In this document: positions 38,531 to 52,890 of the stretch, piece by piece
How positions within the stretch are numbered: position 1 is the first letter of the stretch
Layout of the letters: every line of letters starts with the position of its first letter
Assembly: GCA_964016885.1 (NCBI GenBank)
Contig: OZ024740.1
Location: 200,260,001 to 200,324,000, forward strand
Origin: Eledone cirrhosa
Lineage: Eukaryota
Length of the DNA: 64,000 nt
Direction of reading: 5' to 3'
Notes under the pieces: model-generated
The model's database searches: none
Told to the model about the DNA's origin: nothing
The model's input: only the letters and a program-made list of their open reading frames with translations
Program-made: the position numbers and the translations under genes

Positions 38531-39145
38531 AACAGTGAGCGAGTTTGAAATTAGAAATAAAGCTTTCACCGTATTTTCACTAAATAAATTATTAGCCTGA
38601 TAGTGGGGTTTAGAACCCTCAGAGAAATGGAAAAATATGAGTATTGACGTACATGGGAGTCGAACCCACATCTCTAATTATCCAGACCACTCTGCTACAA
38701 TTACACCAACACATCACCCATCTCCTTAAATTCAAATTAGAAGTTACATTCTTAGCAAGTAAATAACAAGTAAGTATGTTTTGAAACAGTGAGCGAGTTT
38801 GAAATTAGAAATATAAGCTTTCACCGTATTTTTGACAAAAAATAAATTTCTAGCCTGATAGTGGGGTTTAGAACCCTCTAATATTTCTAATTTCAAACTC
38901 GCTCACTTTTTCAAAACATACTTACTTGTCATTTACTTGCTATGAATGTAGCTTCTAATTTGAATGGAAGGAGATGGGTGATGTGTAGGAGTAATGGTAG
39001 TACCGTAGTCTGATAATCAAAGATGTGGGTTCGACTCCCATGTACGAAAATACTCATCTTTTTCCATTTTTCTGAGGGTTCTAAACCCCACTATCAATCT
39101 AAAAATTTCTTTAGTCAAAAATGCGGTGAAAGCTTATATTTCTAA
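38531..39145. repeat. 254-bp tandem unit plus inverted copy, containing a tRNA-like A/B box segment
   Basis: aacagtgagcgag at 38531 and 38785; 38881-39145 is its reverse complement; ggagtaatggtag and ggttcgactccc at about 38987-39040. Confidence 0.85.
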
Positions 39146-39294
39146 AACCATCAACACCAAAAACCCAGAGCTGGCATATCTAAGAACTTACGGACTGCCT
39201 GATGAGGTCATAGCCATACAATGGCTATCATCCAAATATATATAGCGGTAAATAAAGGATTATGAGTTCATACAATTGACTTATGTTTCGTCAC

Positions 39295-39328
<34 letters not shown>

Positions 39329-39344
39329 ATATATATGTGTGTGA

Positions 39345-39545
39345 ATACTAAAATCCAAAGAAGGCTCGATAAGGATAGGTATATATCATATATATAAGAA
39401 CCCTAGAGCTAATATTTATTAAAATAACAGATTAAAGTTTAAGCAAAGAATAGCTGCTTTCACCCTTAACGGGATCTTCAGAAGATTCCGTTAAGTGTGA
39501 AAGCAGTGTTTCTATGCTTAAACTTTAATCTGTTATTTTAATAAA
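39345..39545. repeat. Head-to-head palindrome of the Penelope 3' end
   Basis: Centre gggatcttcagaagattcc at about 39480. Confidence 0.88.
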
Positions 39546-39619
39546 TCTCTCTCTTTCTCTCTCTCTCTATATATATATATTTATATATATATATATGTGT
39601 GTGTGTGGTTAGAAAGGTT

Positions 39620-40600
39620 CCCCCAGACAGAGGTGGGTCTGTTATTTGCAACCTTTGTCTTAGTGAGACACTCGAGATACTTCATGGCAGAACCAACCTA
39701 TTAAACAGAAGGGCCGACATATTCGGCACCTGCAGACACCTTAGGACGGAAACCTTCCTCAAGCTATATGGATAAACCCCGGTTACGGCCTCCCACAACG
39801 CCCTTTTCCTTCCCTACGCCCTGACCACCCCATAGTCGTAATTTCGGCACCCCTTTAATAGGCTAGCACCGCCCCCGTACTATTTCACACACACCACCAC
39901 CATAGGCCCACTCCCGTAGCGCCTCACATACTGGGCAAGCTCTAATGAACTGGCAAGATACATGAAATTTGCAGGGTCCCCCCCTTCTGTAGGGTTCCCT
40001 ACACCCCGTAAAATGAAATGGGCAACAACACCCTCCCATAGTTTGTGGTCCCCAAAGTGGATTGTCCACCAGATCCTCTACTGGTTAGGAGTTAGCAAAA
40101 CTACGTTTTTTTAGCTTGATGATACCCCCACCTGCGGGAGTGGCCCACACAAGAAGAGTGATTATCCTAAAGTACTGACCCATACGCATGAATGCGTGCC
40201 CTCAACCGTGCGTTGTGTGTGTATACCGGGATTAGGTGAATGTACGCACTTATGTGAACGCAACGAAATACTAATACCCTAGGTTGCATTTGAAAAATGT
40301 TCGAGTGTATGCTTAAGAGTATATTTGTGTATGCTCTCTTTGCATGAATGCACATGTGTATATAGACATACACACGCATCCAGAGGTATACAATTGTGGG
40401 TGGGTGCGTGTACCTGTATATGTCTGTACTAAGGGAATCGCCTTAGCTCCAAAGCCCCTAAGCTATTGCTGTGACGATATATATCACACCCTACTTTTGT
40501 CCAATCTAAACAATTATTTTTCTTTTTTGCAAACACCCACCTCATTTTATGTCTGCCATATATTGGCATTAGGGGGCTTCTTTTGTATATATATATATAC
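39620..40600 (+). mobile_element. Penelope-like 3' fragment (end of GIY-YIG plus probable UTR)
   Basis: ICNLCLSETLEILHGRTNLLNRRADIFGTCRH at about 39640-39775; the downstream extent is a guess. Confidence 0.7.
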
Positions 40601-40653
40601 GTACTTGTGTGTACATACACATATATACGCATCTGTATGGATTTGTGTGTGTG

Positions 40654-41438
<785 letters not shown>

Positions 41439-41450
41439 TATATATATATA

Positions 41451-42100
41451 TTATTGCACCAACGTGAGGTATATGATTTTTAATGCAATGAAATATCTAT
41501 GATCGCTGGCAAATCACTGATGTTATCCATGTGAAACCTGCAGTATTCTTCTCCCCATTTTTTCACATATATTTACCTAAACAGCGATTCTGTTTTTCTC
41601 TCTCTCTCTCTCTCTTACTGCTCCCTCGTTCTCTCTGTTTCTCTTACTCTCTTTCGCCCCCTCTGTCATGTCAGTTAACACATTCTCTCTACTGACCTCT
41701 TCCTCACACTTCCACTCACTCACTCACTGGTTCTCCCCTTCTTACTTCACCCCGTTCGCGACGAAAACAATTTCCTTCTTTCTTACATTTGGATTCATCC
41801 CGAAAGGTCTATTTTCTACGCGCTCATATATTCACCCAGCTTATGCTGACAGAATAACTATGTAGCTTGTGCCCTTCCTATCTACGGTTAGCTTTCCTCT
41901 GTGTTGTTTACTTGTCTCACTCGCTTTACGCGTTTTAATTGTCCTAATAACTTAATTTAGTTATTATTGCACCAACGTGAGGTATATGATTTTTAATGCA
42001 ATGAAATATCTATGATCGTTGGCAAATCACTGATGAGGGACTCATTTTATAACATGTTATCCATGTGCAACCTGCAGTATTCTTCTCCCAATTTTTTCAT
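41451..42100 (+). repeat. Partial tandem repeat, period about 513 bp
   Basis: ttattgcaccaacgtgaggtatatg...cctgcagtattcttctccc occurs twice. Confidence 0.8.
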
Positions 42101-42341
42101 ACATATATATATATATATATGTATGTAATACATATATAGGGAAAAGAGTCAGGACCCGGACGGCTGAGCACCGGCCGTTTCGAAAGCTACATCCGAACTA
42201 AGCCAGCAGACTACCTGCTGGCTTAATGCGGATCTAGCGGTCGGGGTCCTGACTCTTTTCCCCATTAACCACTCTACGACCCTAAATATCGAATATTTTG
42301 GTTCGTTATGGTCCACCTGGTGTCTTATCACACCTTCTTTG

Positions 42342-42377
<36 letters not shown>

Positions 42378-42626
42378 GTGTGTGTGTATAAATATATATA
42401 TATGTGGTCGACGGCTGAGAGAAAAGAGGTTTCAATACAAAAGTAAATTCTTAATATTCACTTTATTTAAGCTAAATAGTGATTTTTTTTTATACTGGAG
42501 TTTCGCCAGTTTATCACAGTGTCATCAGAGAGGAACAAGTTCTTGTCTGATGACCCTATGATAAACAGGCAAATTTCCAGAGTAATACGACTCACTATTT
42601 AGCCTTGATAAAATGGATAACCCCCC

Positions 42627-42687
<61 letters not shown>

Positions 42688-43097
42688 CAGTGTGTGTATT
42701 TGAGTATAACTAAAAGTAGGTGTATAAGTCGTAACTGATCATGTGTATTTATATATGTCTATACGTGTGCATGTTCCTAGGCGTACGTTTAGAGAGATGT
42801 GTAATTTTGCTTGTATTCATATGTGAGTATGAATGTGTACATATACTAGGTTAATGTCCTTTTAGAATATTATATATGAGGTACAAGGAGACAACCCTCA
42901 GCGCCAATCCATATTTTTGATGTATAACCCTTAGATATTACATTGCCTGTTACTGTCGACTTCGTTCTGGCTGTTTGAAGACCACCGCATTGGAACCACA
43001 ACTGGTTTTGATACCGAAGGTTTTCACTATAATCTTTTAACTCTAAATCTGACGTAATGCAGTTTGGTTTTTCTATCTATTTATCTATCTATCTATC

Positions 43098-43713
43098 TTA
43101 TCGCAATTGTACACTGCCCGGGCGTAAGCGACCTGTGGAACTATGCAGAACAACTGCTGTCGCGTATGGGACAAATACAGTTGACTGCCGAGTCCATAGT
43201 AAGGATCAAACCGCCAGACTCTTTCAAAAACGAAAGAGAGGCGGTTTTCCTCTGTACGGTGGCTATGGTGAAAGAAGTTATGTGGTGGACGAGGTTGAGA
43301 GGACTGAGGACAGATGCCTTTCTCTCCGGACAACAATTGATTCCCTTCTTTAAGTATCACTTTCGAAGGAGAATCAGAGTGGAGAGAGAGGCACTGCACC
43401 CCAGTAAATTTACTGAAAGGTGGGTGAATGAAGCGAAAATGGCCCGAGTGATTGGGCCTTCTCTGTTTATAAGCATGTAGGTTGAGGAAGAGAGCAACAG
43501 GAAGAAAGAATCACTTGCACAACACGCTCCTCGAGTTGAGGGTTGTTCTATCGAAGGGGTATTAAACAACCCATTTGTGGCGCCTCCCCCCTATTGGGGA
43601 TTTCGATTGTTGAAATTGTTTGTTTTTATATTTTTTACACGACTGTATGTAAAATCCCCGGCATGTCTTTGTATTGTCCCCTTTTCTTGTTGCGCCCTTG
43701 TGGCTAATAAAGA
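43098..43713 (+). mobile_element. Tx1/L1-like LINE 3' end flanked by (TCTA)n
   Basis: HCPGVSDLW..VMWWTR..RIRVERE..FTERW ORF2 C-terminus, 3' UTR ending aataaagaa. Confidence 0.75.
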
Positions 43714-43770
43714 AATCTATCTATCTATCTATCTATCTCAGCCGTCGACCACATATATATATACACACAA

Positions 43771-43850
<80 letters not shown>

Positions 43851-44059
43851 TGGAATGTGGTAAAATACCAGGTCCACAATAACCTAGCAGTGTACTCGAC
43901 ACTTGGGGTAGCAGTGTGGATAATATAAAAAGATTCAAGACCCTGACGGCATATATTTATATATATATATACATTCATATACTTATATATATATATATAT
44001 ATATTTTTATTTTTTGCAAGATTTATGATGTGAAATCGTGTGTCGAAACAAATATTGTT

Positions 44060-44230
44060 ATACTTCGGGAGGGTCATATTGTTATATTTCCAGAAATAAT
44101 AACAGAACACACTCACTGTTTGATTGGTTTTCGCTACTGTACCTTTTTCGCTTCTGTATCATTTATACAGAAGCGAAAACCAACCAAACAGTGAGTGTGT
44201 TCGGTTATAATTCCTGGAAATATTATAACA
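44060..44230. repeat. Palindrome of repeat family D
   Basis: gggagggtcatattg...cagaacacactcactgtttg and its reverse complement; same family as the 59011-59633 arms. Confidence 0.85.
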
Positions 44231-44247
44231 ATATAACCCTCCCCAAG

Positions 44248-44300
<53 letters not shown>

Positions 44301-44339
44301 TATGCGAATATACATATATTTAAATATATATATAAATAA

Positions 44340-44580
44340 GTCTATTATAAATCGAAGGCTCATCCGGGCTTTGCTTATCCTCGGTTTCCGTGGCAATGCA
44401 CGACTCAGAGGACGCCGGTCTATCGAGGATTAACTTCGCAGCTACTGTTGATATTCACTCTCAGCTCAGTGTACTGGAACAATGTGAAATAAAATGTCTG
44501 GCTCAAGAATACAAACGCAGCAGTCTATCCAGGAAGTGAAACGAGGGTATTACGATCGTACAGCAAGCATCCTAACACAG
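44340..44580 (-). mobile_element. SINE family B
   Basis: ctggaacaatgtgaaataaaatgtctggctcaagaatac..ccaggaagtgaa. Confidence 0.65.
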
Positions 44581-44711
44581 AACATCCGCCCCCCCCCCCC
44601 CCACACACACAGGCACATTTATTTATACATATTATTGGGTCATCAATTATGAAATTTGTAGAAATTTGTTTTTTTCCAAAAATTTCTACAATTTTCATAA
44701 TTCACGAGCCA

Positions 44712-44761
<50 letters not shown>

Positions 44762-44835
44762 TGCATGTGTGTGTGCGTGTGTGTGTATGTATGAGTATCA
44801 ATGTATGTGTAGATAGATCCCTATATGATAATAGT

Positions 44836-45018
44836 AATTGTTTCTACTTTTGGCACAAACCCAGCAATTACCCAGTGTATTACTGGTACTTTATTTTATC
44901 GACCCCGTAAGGATGAAAGGCAAAGTTAACCTCGGCGGGATTTGAACTCAGAATGGCAAGCCGTAACTCTATGCGTCAAAGCATGGCGTCCGACCCTCTA
45001 CCGATACTGCCAATCCAC
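44836..45018 (-). mobile_element. SINE family A
   Basis: Near-identical to the 2716 copy. Confidence 0.92.
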
Positions 45019-45171
45019 ATAGTAATGATCTAATGACAAGATACTCAATACTGCAATGTGTACATAATTAATTTGGTTGACTGACAGAAACCCCCATAGC
45101 TACATCTTGTAGTTTATCAGATGAGGAAATAAACTACAAATAGCCTTCAGCACTTATTTCAATCAAGTAAA

Positions 45172-45610
<439 letters not shown>

Positions 45611-46828
45611 CTTGATTGAAATAAATAAAAAAAGTATATATATATATATGGAAAAGAATGAAACGAAATTTAAATTCTCACTCTTATATATATATACATA
45701 TATATATTTGCACGCGTGTGTGTGGGTGTGTGGGTGTGGGTGTGTGCGTGCGCGTGTGTGTGTGTGTGTTTGCGTTTGCTTTTTATGTCTGCATGTATGG
45801 CATCGGTGTATAGGTCTGTTATTATAAGTGTATATACATGCAATTAGTGTTTTGTTTTGGACATAATATTACAGTACACGTGAATTGAAGTTGTTCCAAT
45901 TAGCTGTGAAAGCAAAATTTGCAAAATATTCTACTTCTTGTATCGTACGTTTCTGATCTCAACAGTGTTGTGAAACTGTTCATCATTGAAAAACAATAGT
46001 AATAGATATATATGCTTAGAGTTCACGTATTTACATTGGCACAGATATGTGGCTCGCTGCTGTAGTTGTTCGACTAATTATCAGACAATCAAGCAAGCTG
46101 CTCTTCGTAAATAGAGAAACATTGTTTCAACTAAGACCGTCGAAAATCTTGGTAGATATATTAATAAACTTCAATATCAAATGAAAAAGCCTCATCTAAC
46201 TCGTGCATAATTTACTGCAACTCCACTGTATAAAATATTGCCAGTGACGTTTGCAGGAGAGCAACCTTTTAACACATACACTGATACATTGTGGTTTACA
46301 CATGCACAGTGGCAACAAATTCCTAACGTCTGTGTCATTCTAGTCACAGATATTTACTCTAGGTCACCTTTAACTGAACAGACAAAATTTATCGAGACAT
46401 CTCGTAAGAATACGGATCGGCATAAATGGTCATAGGCTGACTACAAAAGAGTGATGCTGCTGCTGTGAAATCCTGCATGCATCATTTTCTTTTATATAGC
46501 AAAGGGAATTTCGGGTGTATAGAAAGGGAAAAACCTGACCAAATGTGTTGTCTTGTATGCAGCAAGACATCTTAAGGGTATGAAGATTCCTTGAATTTAT
46601 GAGGGAAACAATTTGGAAGATTGGGTGGAATTATATGACACATTCCTCAAATCGTTTCATTCGTAACTTTGAGAAAGATTCTTCATACCCTAGTATACCA
46701 ATGGTTCGAATCCACTATGAGTTGCGGTTGGGCTTCTACCTTCAATACCGAAGGACGGTTAAAATATTCATTTATCATGGCTAAGTTACAAGACTTACTA
46801 CTCAGCCATAATAAATGAATACACACAT

Positions 46829-46865
<37 letters not shown>

Positions 46866-48614
46866 CAAGTGTGTGTGTGAGCGCCCGCGTTTGTGTTTGT
46901 GTGCGTGCACGTCTGCAAGTGTGCATGTGTGTGTCAGTGTGCGTATAGGTAACTTTGGCAAAGTGGTACACAAACACTGATATTTCTATATTCATTGCCA
47001 ATAAATTCATTCTTGAATAATCTCCACTCATACTGCAGAACTGGTCGAAAATAATGACCCACTGTTGCTGTTGGCGATACAGCTACTGCTGCTCTTGCTA
47101 TACAAACAAACAACCTAATAAATGCGCCAATGTCATTTTACAATATTAATGGTGCTTACAATTATATACTACTCCTACCATGCGTAACCAATTTACATTT
47201 ATTAAAGTGGGCGCTATTACACCACATGCAGTAAGCCAAGGAACGTTTATTCATGAAAATGACGCTGGTAATATTGAACAAAAACAATTGTCTTCTTGAT
47301 TAATTGTGGTCATGAAAGGTCAAAATTATCTCCCCTGAAATTTAAATTAATTGAATTTAATCAAAAATTAAATAAATATAATGCAATGGACACACATCGG
47401 TAGAGAGAATCAATAGAGATTTCATCCACAAAACAAGGATAAACACTGCCGGCATATGAATAAACCATTGAATGAAGGCTACCTTATTCTGTCAGCCATC
47501 TTAATTCTTCTGCATTACAAACATAAAATGGTAAAAAATAAAGATTGTAAACATACTATTTGAAAGATGGTTCAACATTATTGGAAATGTGTGTTTATTG
47601 ATTTATTCTATTGTATATGATCTACTTAGTCTTGTTCAGTATGCAAAAATAGGGATGGTGCATCAGCGACTCTCCAACAACAGATATAAGATATTGATAT
47701 GGAAGAAAATCTGCTTGAAGCTAATTTCAGTAAACGTATTTGAAAAATTTGAATGCTGCCTTAGTGTGAATTATATAGATTAGTCCGAAATATATTCTGG
47801 AACGTGAGATAAGCTTGTTTGTGAATAGTGAACAACATAATAATGTATTTTCTTCGTATGAATAAAGAATTTCTGTTGTTTTTTTCTTTTTTTTTCTTTT
47901 TTTGTTTGTCAGTAACAGAATATAACCTATCTGTACATCGAATAGTAAATGAAAATTTTACATATGACAAAATGTTGTTGGAGCATCGCTGGTTCCGACG
48001 GGTAGTGTTTCAGATGTCGTAACCTCCTTGTGAAATTTATATTCAAGTGATTGCGCATTCCATGAACATTGTGTATACTTAACATATATCTTAAGGAGAT
48101 TCAATGTGACACAATGTGTACGCAGGCTGGTTCTTTGAATCACAAGTACAACTCAATTTTTCGACATATTCGTGAACTGGAGTAACATGAAATACTTGTC
48201 GTTCCCAAATTTATGATAGTGTCTCAATCGCCATAACTACTAAGTAAAGTGCCATCAAATTATGACAAACTACAAAATAAATATTAGAAATTATTTATAG
48301 AAAGTATCATGTAATTGAGAATATGATTTGTAAATATACGTAAGTGAAGAAACATTAAATTAAAATTCTCATCAATGAAATATAAGTTAATAACAATAAT
48401 TCTCACGGATGGAAAATTTTCATTAATAAAAACCATTTTCATTAATACCACTTATTATAATTAATAACAATTACACAATTTAATAACATAACTATTTTCC
48501 CAAATTATAATTATTTACATGTCTGATATCCAGTTTCATATATTTGTTTGGTACGAATTCCTCCGTAAATCAATGGAACCGTCTGTGATGTAGATTGCAG
48601 TCAATTGTTGTGAA

Positions 48615-48800
48615 ATCATGTGATCCAGTGGTTAGGGGCTTTGGCGTAAGGTCACTACGGTGCATGTTCAATTCCTGGAACAGTGGTTCGTTGTATCCTT
48701 GGCAAGGACATATTATTTCACATTGTTCTAGTCGAAAAGAAATGGTTATCAAAAGCTGTTGGTTAACTCTGAAATGGAATTGACTTTCGTCCAATGCAAA
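48615..48800 (+). mobile_element. SINE family B
   Basis: tgatccagtggttagg (A box), gttcaattcc (B box), tccttggcaaggacatattatttcacattg. Confidence 0.7.
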
Positions 48801-49139
48801 TCTAATATTTTCAGTCACTTAACGCCAGTGAAACTATAATGAGGTCCGATCTGATGAGACTCTGTTCACTTTACTGTGCGCTTCAAGACTGGAAAGATTC
48901 GGCCGCAAGAGACGTGAATAAGTTGGAGAGGAAACTCAAGAGAGAGATGGGGGGAGAGTGAGGAGGGGAGATAGTGATTGGAGACAGAGAGTAGAGAGAG
49001 AGAGAGAGAGTAGTGCCATCCGAGATGACCGTCGAAATGATAGTGCAAGGTTAAGCGATGATCTGGAACGAGAAATTGCCTCATATGCAAAGAAATGAAT
49101 TGATAACAAGAACAAGAACATGAACAACAATAATTATTA

Positions 49140-49335
49140 TTTCTGATTTAGGCACAAGACCATCAATTTTAGGGGGAGTGGAACGTCGATTAAATAGACC
49201 TCAGTGCATTACTGGTACTTTATTTTATCGACCCTGAAAGGATAAAAGGCAAAGCTAACGTCGGCGGGATTTGAATTTAGAACCTAAAGAGCCGTAAAGC
49301 ATATTTTGCGACGCTCTACCGATACTGTCAATCAA
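49140..49335 (-). mobile_element. SINE family A-related
   Basis: ggcacaag..ctggtactttattttatcgaccc..ggcgggatttgaa. Confidence 0.85.
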
Positions 49336-49749
49336 CAACAATAATAATTAGACTCCGGCTGAATAACATATTTGACGCCACTAACGAATCACCAGCAATA
49401 TTTGAAATAAATCGGTCATCATCACTGAAACAATAGTCAGAAAATGTTAGACAAAGACCAATGAAACCTAACAAAATTATGTTTTATATATGGCTGTCCC
49501 TAACATAGAAATGTATTAGTTAACATTAGAACAGTGTGCAAAAAATGCAGCTAGTTGAAAAACAGCCACATCAAAATGCAGAAAGTTTACAAGCTCCGAA
49601 TAATTACGACTGAAATATCTCAAACGAAAACAAAAACGAAACGAGGAAAAAAAACAAAAAGTAAAGTAATACCGATGCATCTAAGTAACATAAATCTTAT
49701 TGATTGTATTATAAGTATTCGTATCCTGAAAAGAGCGAAATATGTTACA

Positions 49750-52160
49750 TAGTTGTACGGGTGGTTGTTCTATGAAATAAAGGAAGAAAATTGTAGAAGA
49801 CCAATGCGAGCAAAACTTAGAAATTTAGAAGCACAAAGTAATGAGATGTAATTCATACATCTCAAGTGCCAAAATAAAATCAAAAACAAACAAATGGATA
49901 CTAGCGGAATATGCTTTGATTTTACACGCGTATTTTATAGAATCGTTATACCCTAAAATAAAAACACAAAACACATAAAATCTAACAAAAAAACATCAAA
50001 CGCTGATTTAAAGCTTGACGCCAAAATTCTAGCAAATTTACAGTGATACATATTAAAAGCAAAAACAAATATCATACTTGGAAATAGAGCACTTAAAAGA
50101 AGAAATACACATGGAAAACAAAAATTTAAAAAACACAAAAGAATTAACGAACATAAACATATTGAGAATTTAAAACATCAAGATAAAAGCAACATATCCA
50201 AAACTGAGAAAGTAATCAACAAAATGCAACAAACCCCAGACCTGACAGACATACAGATTACTGACCAACTAATACTGATTTATGACAACACAGATGAAAA
50301 TACAAATCGAGCGAAACATGAGAAAGACCGAAGATTACACATCACAAAGATGAGAATTAATAATAAAATAGCAACAAGTATACGAAAGTTCTAATGTAGC
50401 CATCATATAATTAATTGTTTCTACTTTTGGCACAAGGCCAGTAATTACCCAGTGTATTACTGGTACTTTATTTTATCGACCCCGTAAGGATGAAAGGCAA
50501 GGTTAACCTCGGCTGGATTTGAACTCAGATATAATTAATAAACTTGAATAGAAACATTAGAATCAAAAGGCTAGATAAAATAATGTATGCTGCAGCCACT
50601 TCTGTTACTAAAGAAACTGTATACCCACGTCCCGCACCAGATCTACAAAAACCCTAAACAAACATAGAAATCATAGAAACAAAAGAAGATAAAAAATGAA
50701 AGAAATGACATCTGAATCTTAAATGAGATGGAAAATAAAATAAAAGTACTAAAAATATATAACAGAAAAGAAATACCGGACACTAAGATATACCCAAATC
50801 AACAAATACTTGCAAAGGCACAAAGAAATCTGTAGATATGAAAAGAGCCAACAGTGTTTTTTTTAAACAAACCAGCTATTTCACTCAATCACAAAACAAC
50901 TCTACCAGGAATTTGATAGGAATAAAGGAGAAATAAATATATCAATGAAAGTAAAAGTAAGTGGAAGAATTCTGGAGAATATTATAGGCAGAAGGAGAAT
51001 GGAAATTACCATGCACAGAAACAGCAAGAGCACAGCACCTGAAAAATATATGGGAATATATTACAATGAATGTGTCTAGCACACTGAAAAAGGCAAGCAA
51101 ATGGAAGGCACGGGGACATGACAAGATCCAAAAATTTGGTGAAAGATTTAACATATAGTGTGCGTGCAAGAACGTCTAATGAGATGCTGAAGGAGCTAGT
51201 AAAAACACCTGACTGTTTCAGTAAGGAGACAATCACGCTGATCCCAAGGAATAAGGACACCGTAAACCTCCAAAATTTCAGGTCCATAATATCCCTCTAT
51301 ACAAAACTTTAACTGCAGTAATATCGCAGAAACTGACCAAACACCTGCTATGTACAGCTGTAAAGGCTCGCTTGGCTGTATGAACCAGTGACTAATTGAT
51401 AAAGTGATAACGGGGAACTGGAGGAAAACAAATGCAGCATGGTTTGGATAGAATACAAAAAGATGTTTTGCAGTATTCCCCATATGTGGATACAGAATTC
51501 ACTACCCATGAATAAGGCAGTGCCAATAATTAAAAAAAAAACATGTATCAAGCATTGTAGTAGTAAATGGCAAAAGGTTCTGCAAATAGAAACGAAGGAG
51601 GGAACTATAAAACCTGAACACATCACAAATAAAAGGGAAATATTTTAAGGAGACTCCTTAAAATAACCATTGCTTTCCTGTCTTGCACTGACAACATTAT
51701 CTGAGACACTGCATTTAGGTACGAGAAAATTAACCGTCTCCTGTATAAGGTTGATCTAAAGCGGTATGTTGTAGACGGTAGACATCACGAAACACTGCTC
51801 CAGACAATACATGGATTCACAAAGTAAATATGCATATAATTAGACTTGAATAATGCTCCAAAGAAACTCTGCAGGAAGGAAAAATAGAGTAAAACACGAA
51901 TATGATAAAGAAATTGAGGTACAATAATTAGATCAAACGCAGAGATATAAATATTTAGGAATCAACAAACTAGACAGGGTTCAACACAAACAGATGAAAT
52001 AGATAATTCGAAAGGAATACTAGAGACGGATTGGATTAACTAAATGCAAATAATAAGTTAATAGGCATCAATAATCTAATGATCACAGCAGTAAGCTATA
52101 TTTATAATATTCCGAATTGTACAGTAAATGAACTAGCTGTAATAGATAGAGAAGCAATAG
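49750..52160 (+). mobile_element. Heavily degraded R4/Dong-like LINE ORF (N-terminal region plus RT), with a SINE A fragment at 50412-50529
   Basis: TLIPRNKDT..NFRSIISL, WIEYKKMFCSIPH, REIF*GDSL, YKYLGI; many stops. Confidence 0.75.
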
Positions 52161-52720
52161 GTGCTCTGGGATTCGAAAATATTGTCTTCCGTCACTTATA
52201 ATTTAACTTCGCTATTGTTTCTTTGTATCAGACACTTCGTTTCTCCTCTGAAAGTGGCTAAATCCAAATTCCTGCGTGTTGCTACCTTTTCTGTGACCGT
52301 GTATATGCTTATTTCGTTGTTTTTGGAAGCGGTGTTGATTTTGTTATTGTTGACTACATTGTTGTCGGGTACCGTGGTGGTGATGCTGGCGCTACTGCTG
52401 TTGTTGCTCAAATTAGAGAAATCGCTTTCAAAGTCTGTAAATATATTGGTTTTGTTGTCCTTGTAATTTCTATTGTTGTTTCATTTTTTTGTTACTTTTC
52501 TCTCTACAATCAAAACCTCTATTGCCCAGGGTTGAAGGCCTGAACCTGACAATACAGAAACAGGACAGATCCTAACGAAATAACCTAATAATAATAACAA
52601 CATATATAAATATTCCCATTCTCCTAGATATTGTCCTTAAGTGCAATAATTAAATATATTAAATTTGATAACAATGATATATTATTTTTGAATGTTTCTT
52701 TCTTCTTTTATTCAAAACAG

Positions 52721-52890
52721 GTTTAAAACATTCCATCATATGTGTGACTATTCCCTGTGTATTTAATCGAATGTGCAATAGTTGTAGCGAAAAATATTTC
52801 CTAATTGAACGATCAACGAATTATGCGTTGCTATTTTCGTGCCACTGTCCAGTGCATTACTATTATTAGTAAATCACGTTCATTATAGAT
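52721..52890 (+). pseudogene. Possible terminal Ly6/uPAR-like exon remnant
   Basis: After tttcttcttttattcaaaacag: LKHSIICVTIPCVFNRMCNS..NYALLF, then VPLSSALLLLV after a frameshift. Confidence 0.3.

Noticed and set aside
38975-39047. Possible tRNA gene
   Set aside because: A and B boxes are present, but I find no convincing acceptor or anticodon stems, and it is embedded in a repeat unit.
39070-39140. Hammerhead in the 254-bp unit
   Set aside because: The core is CTGAGGG and no stem I partner is evident, so it is not called as a feature.
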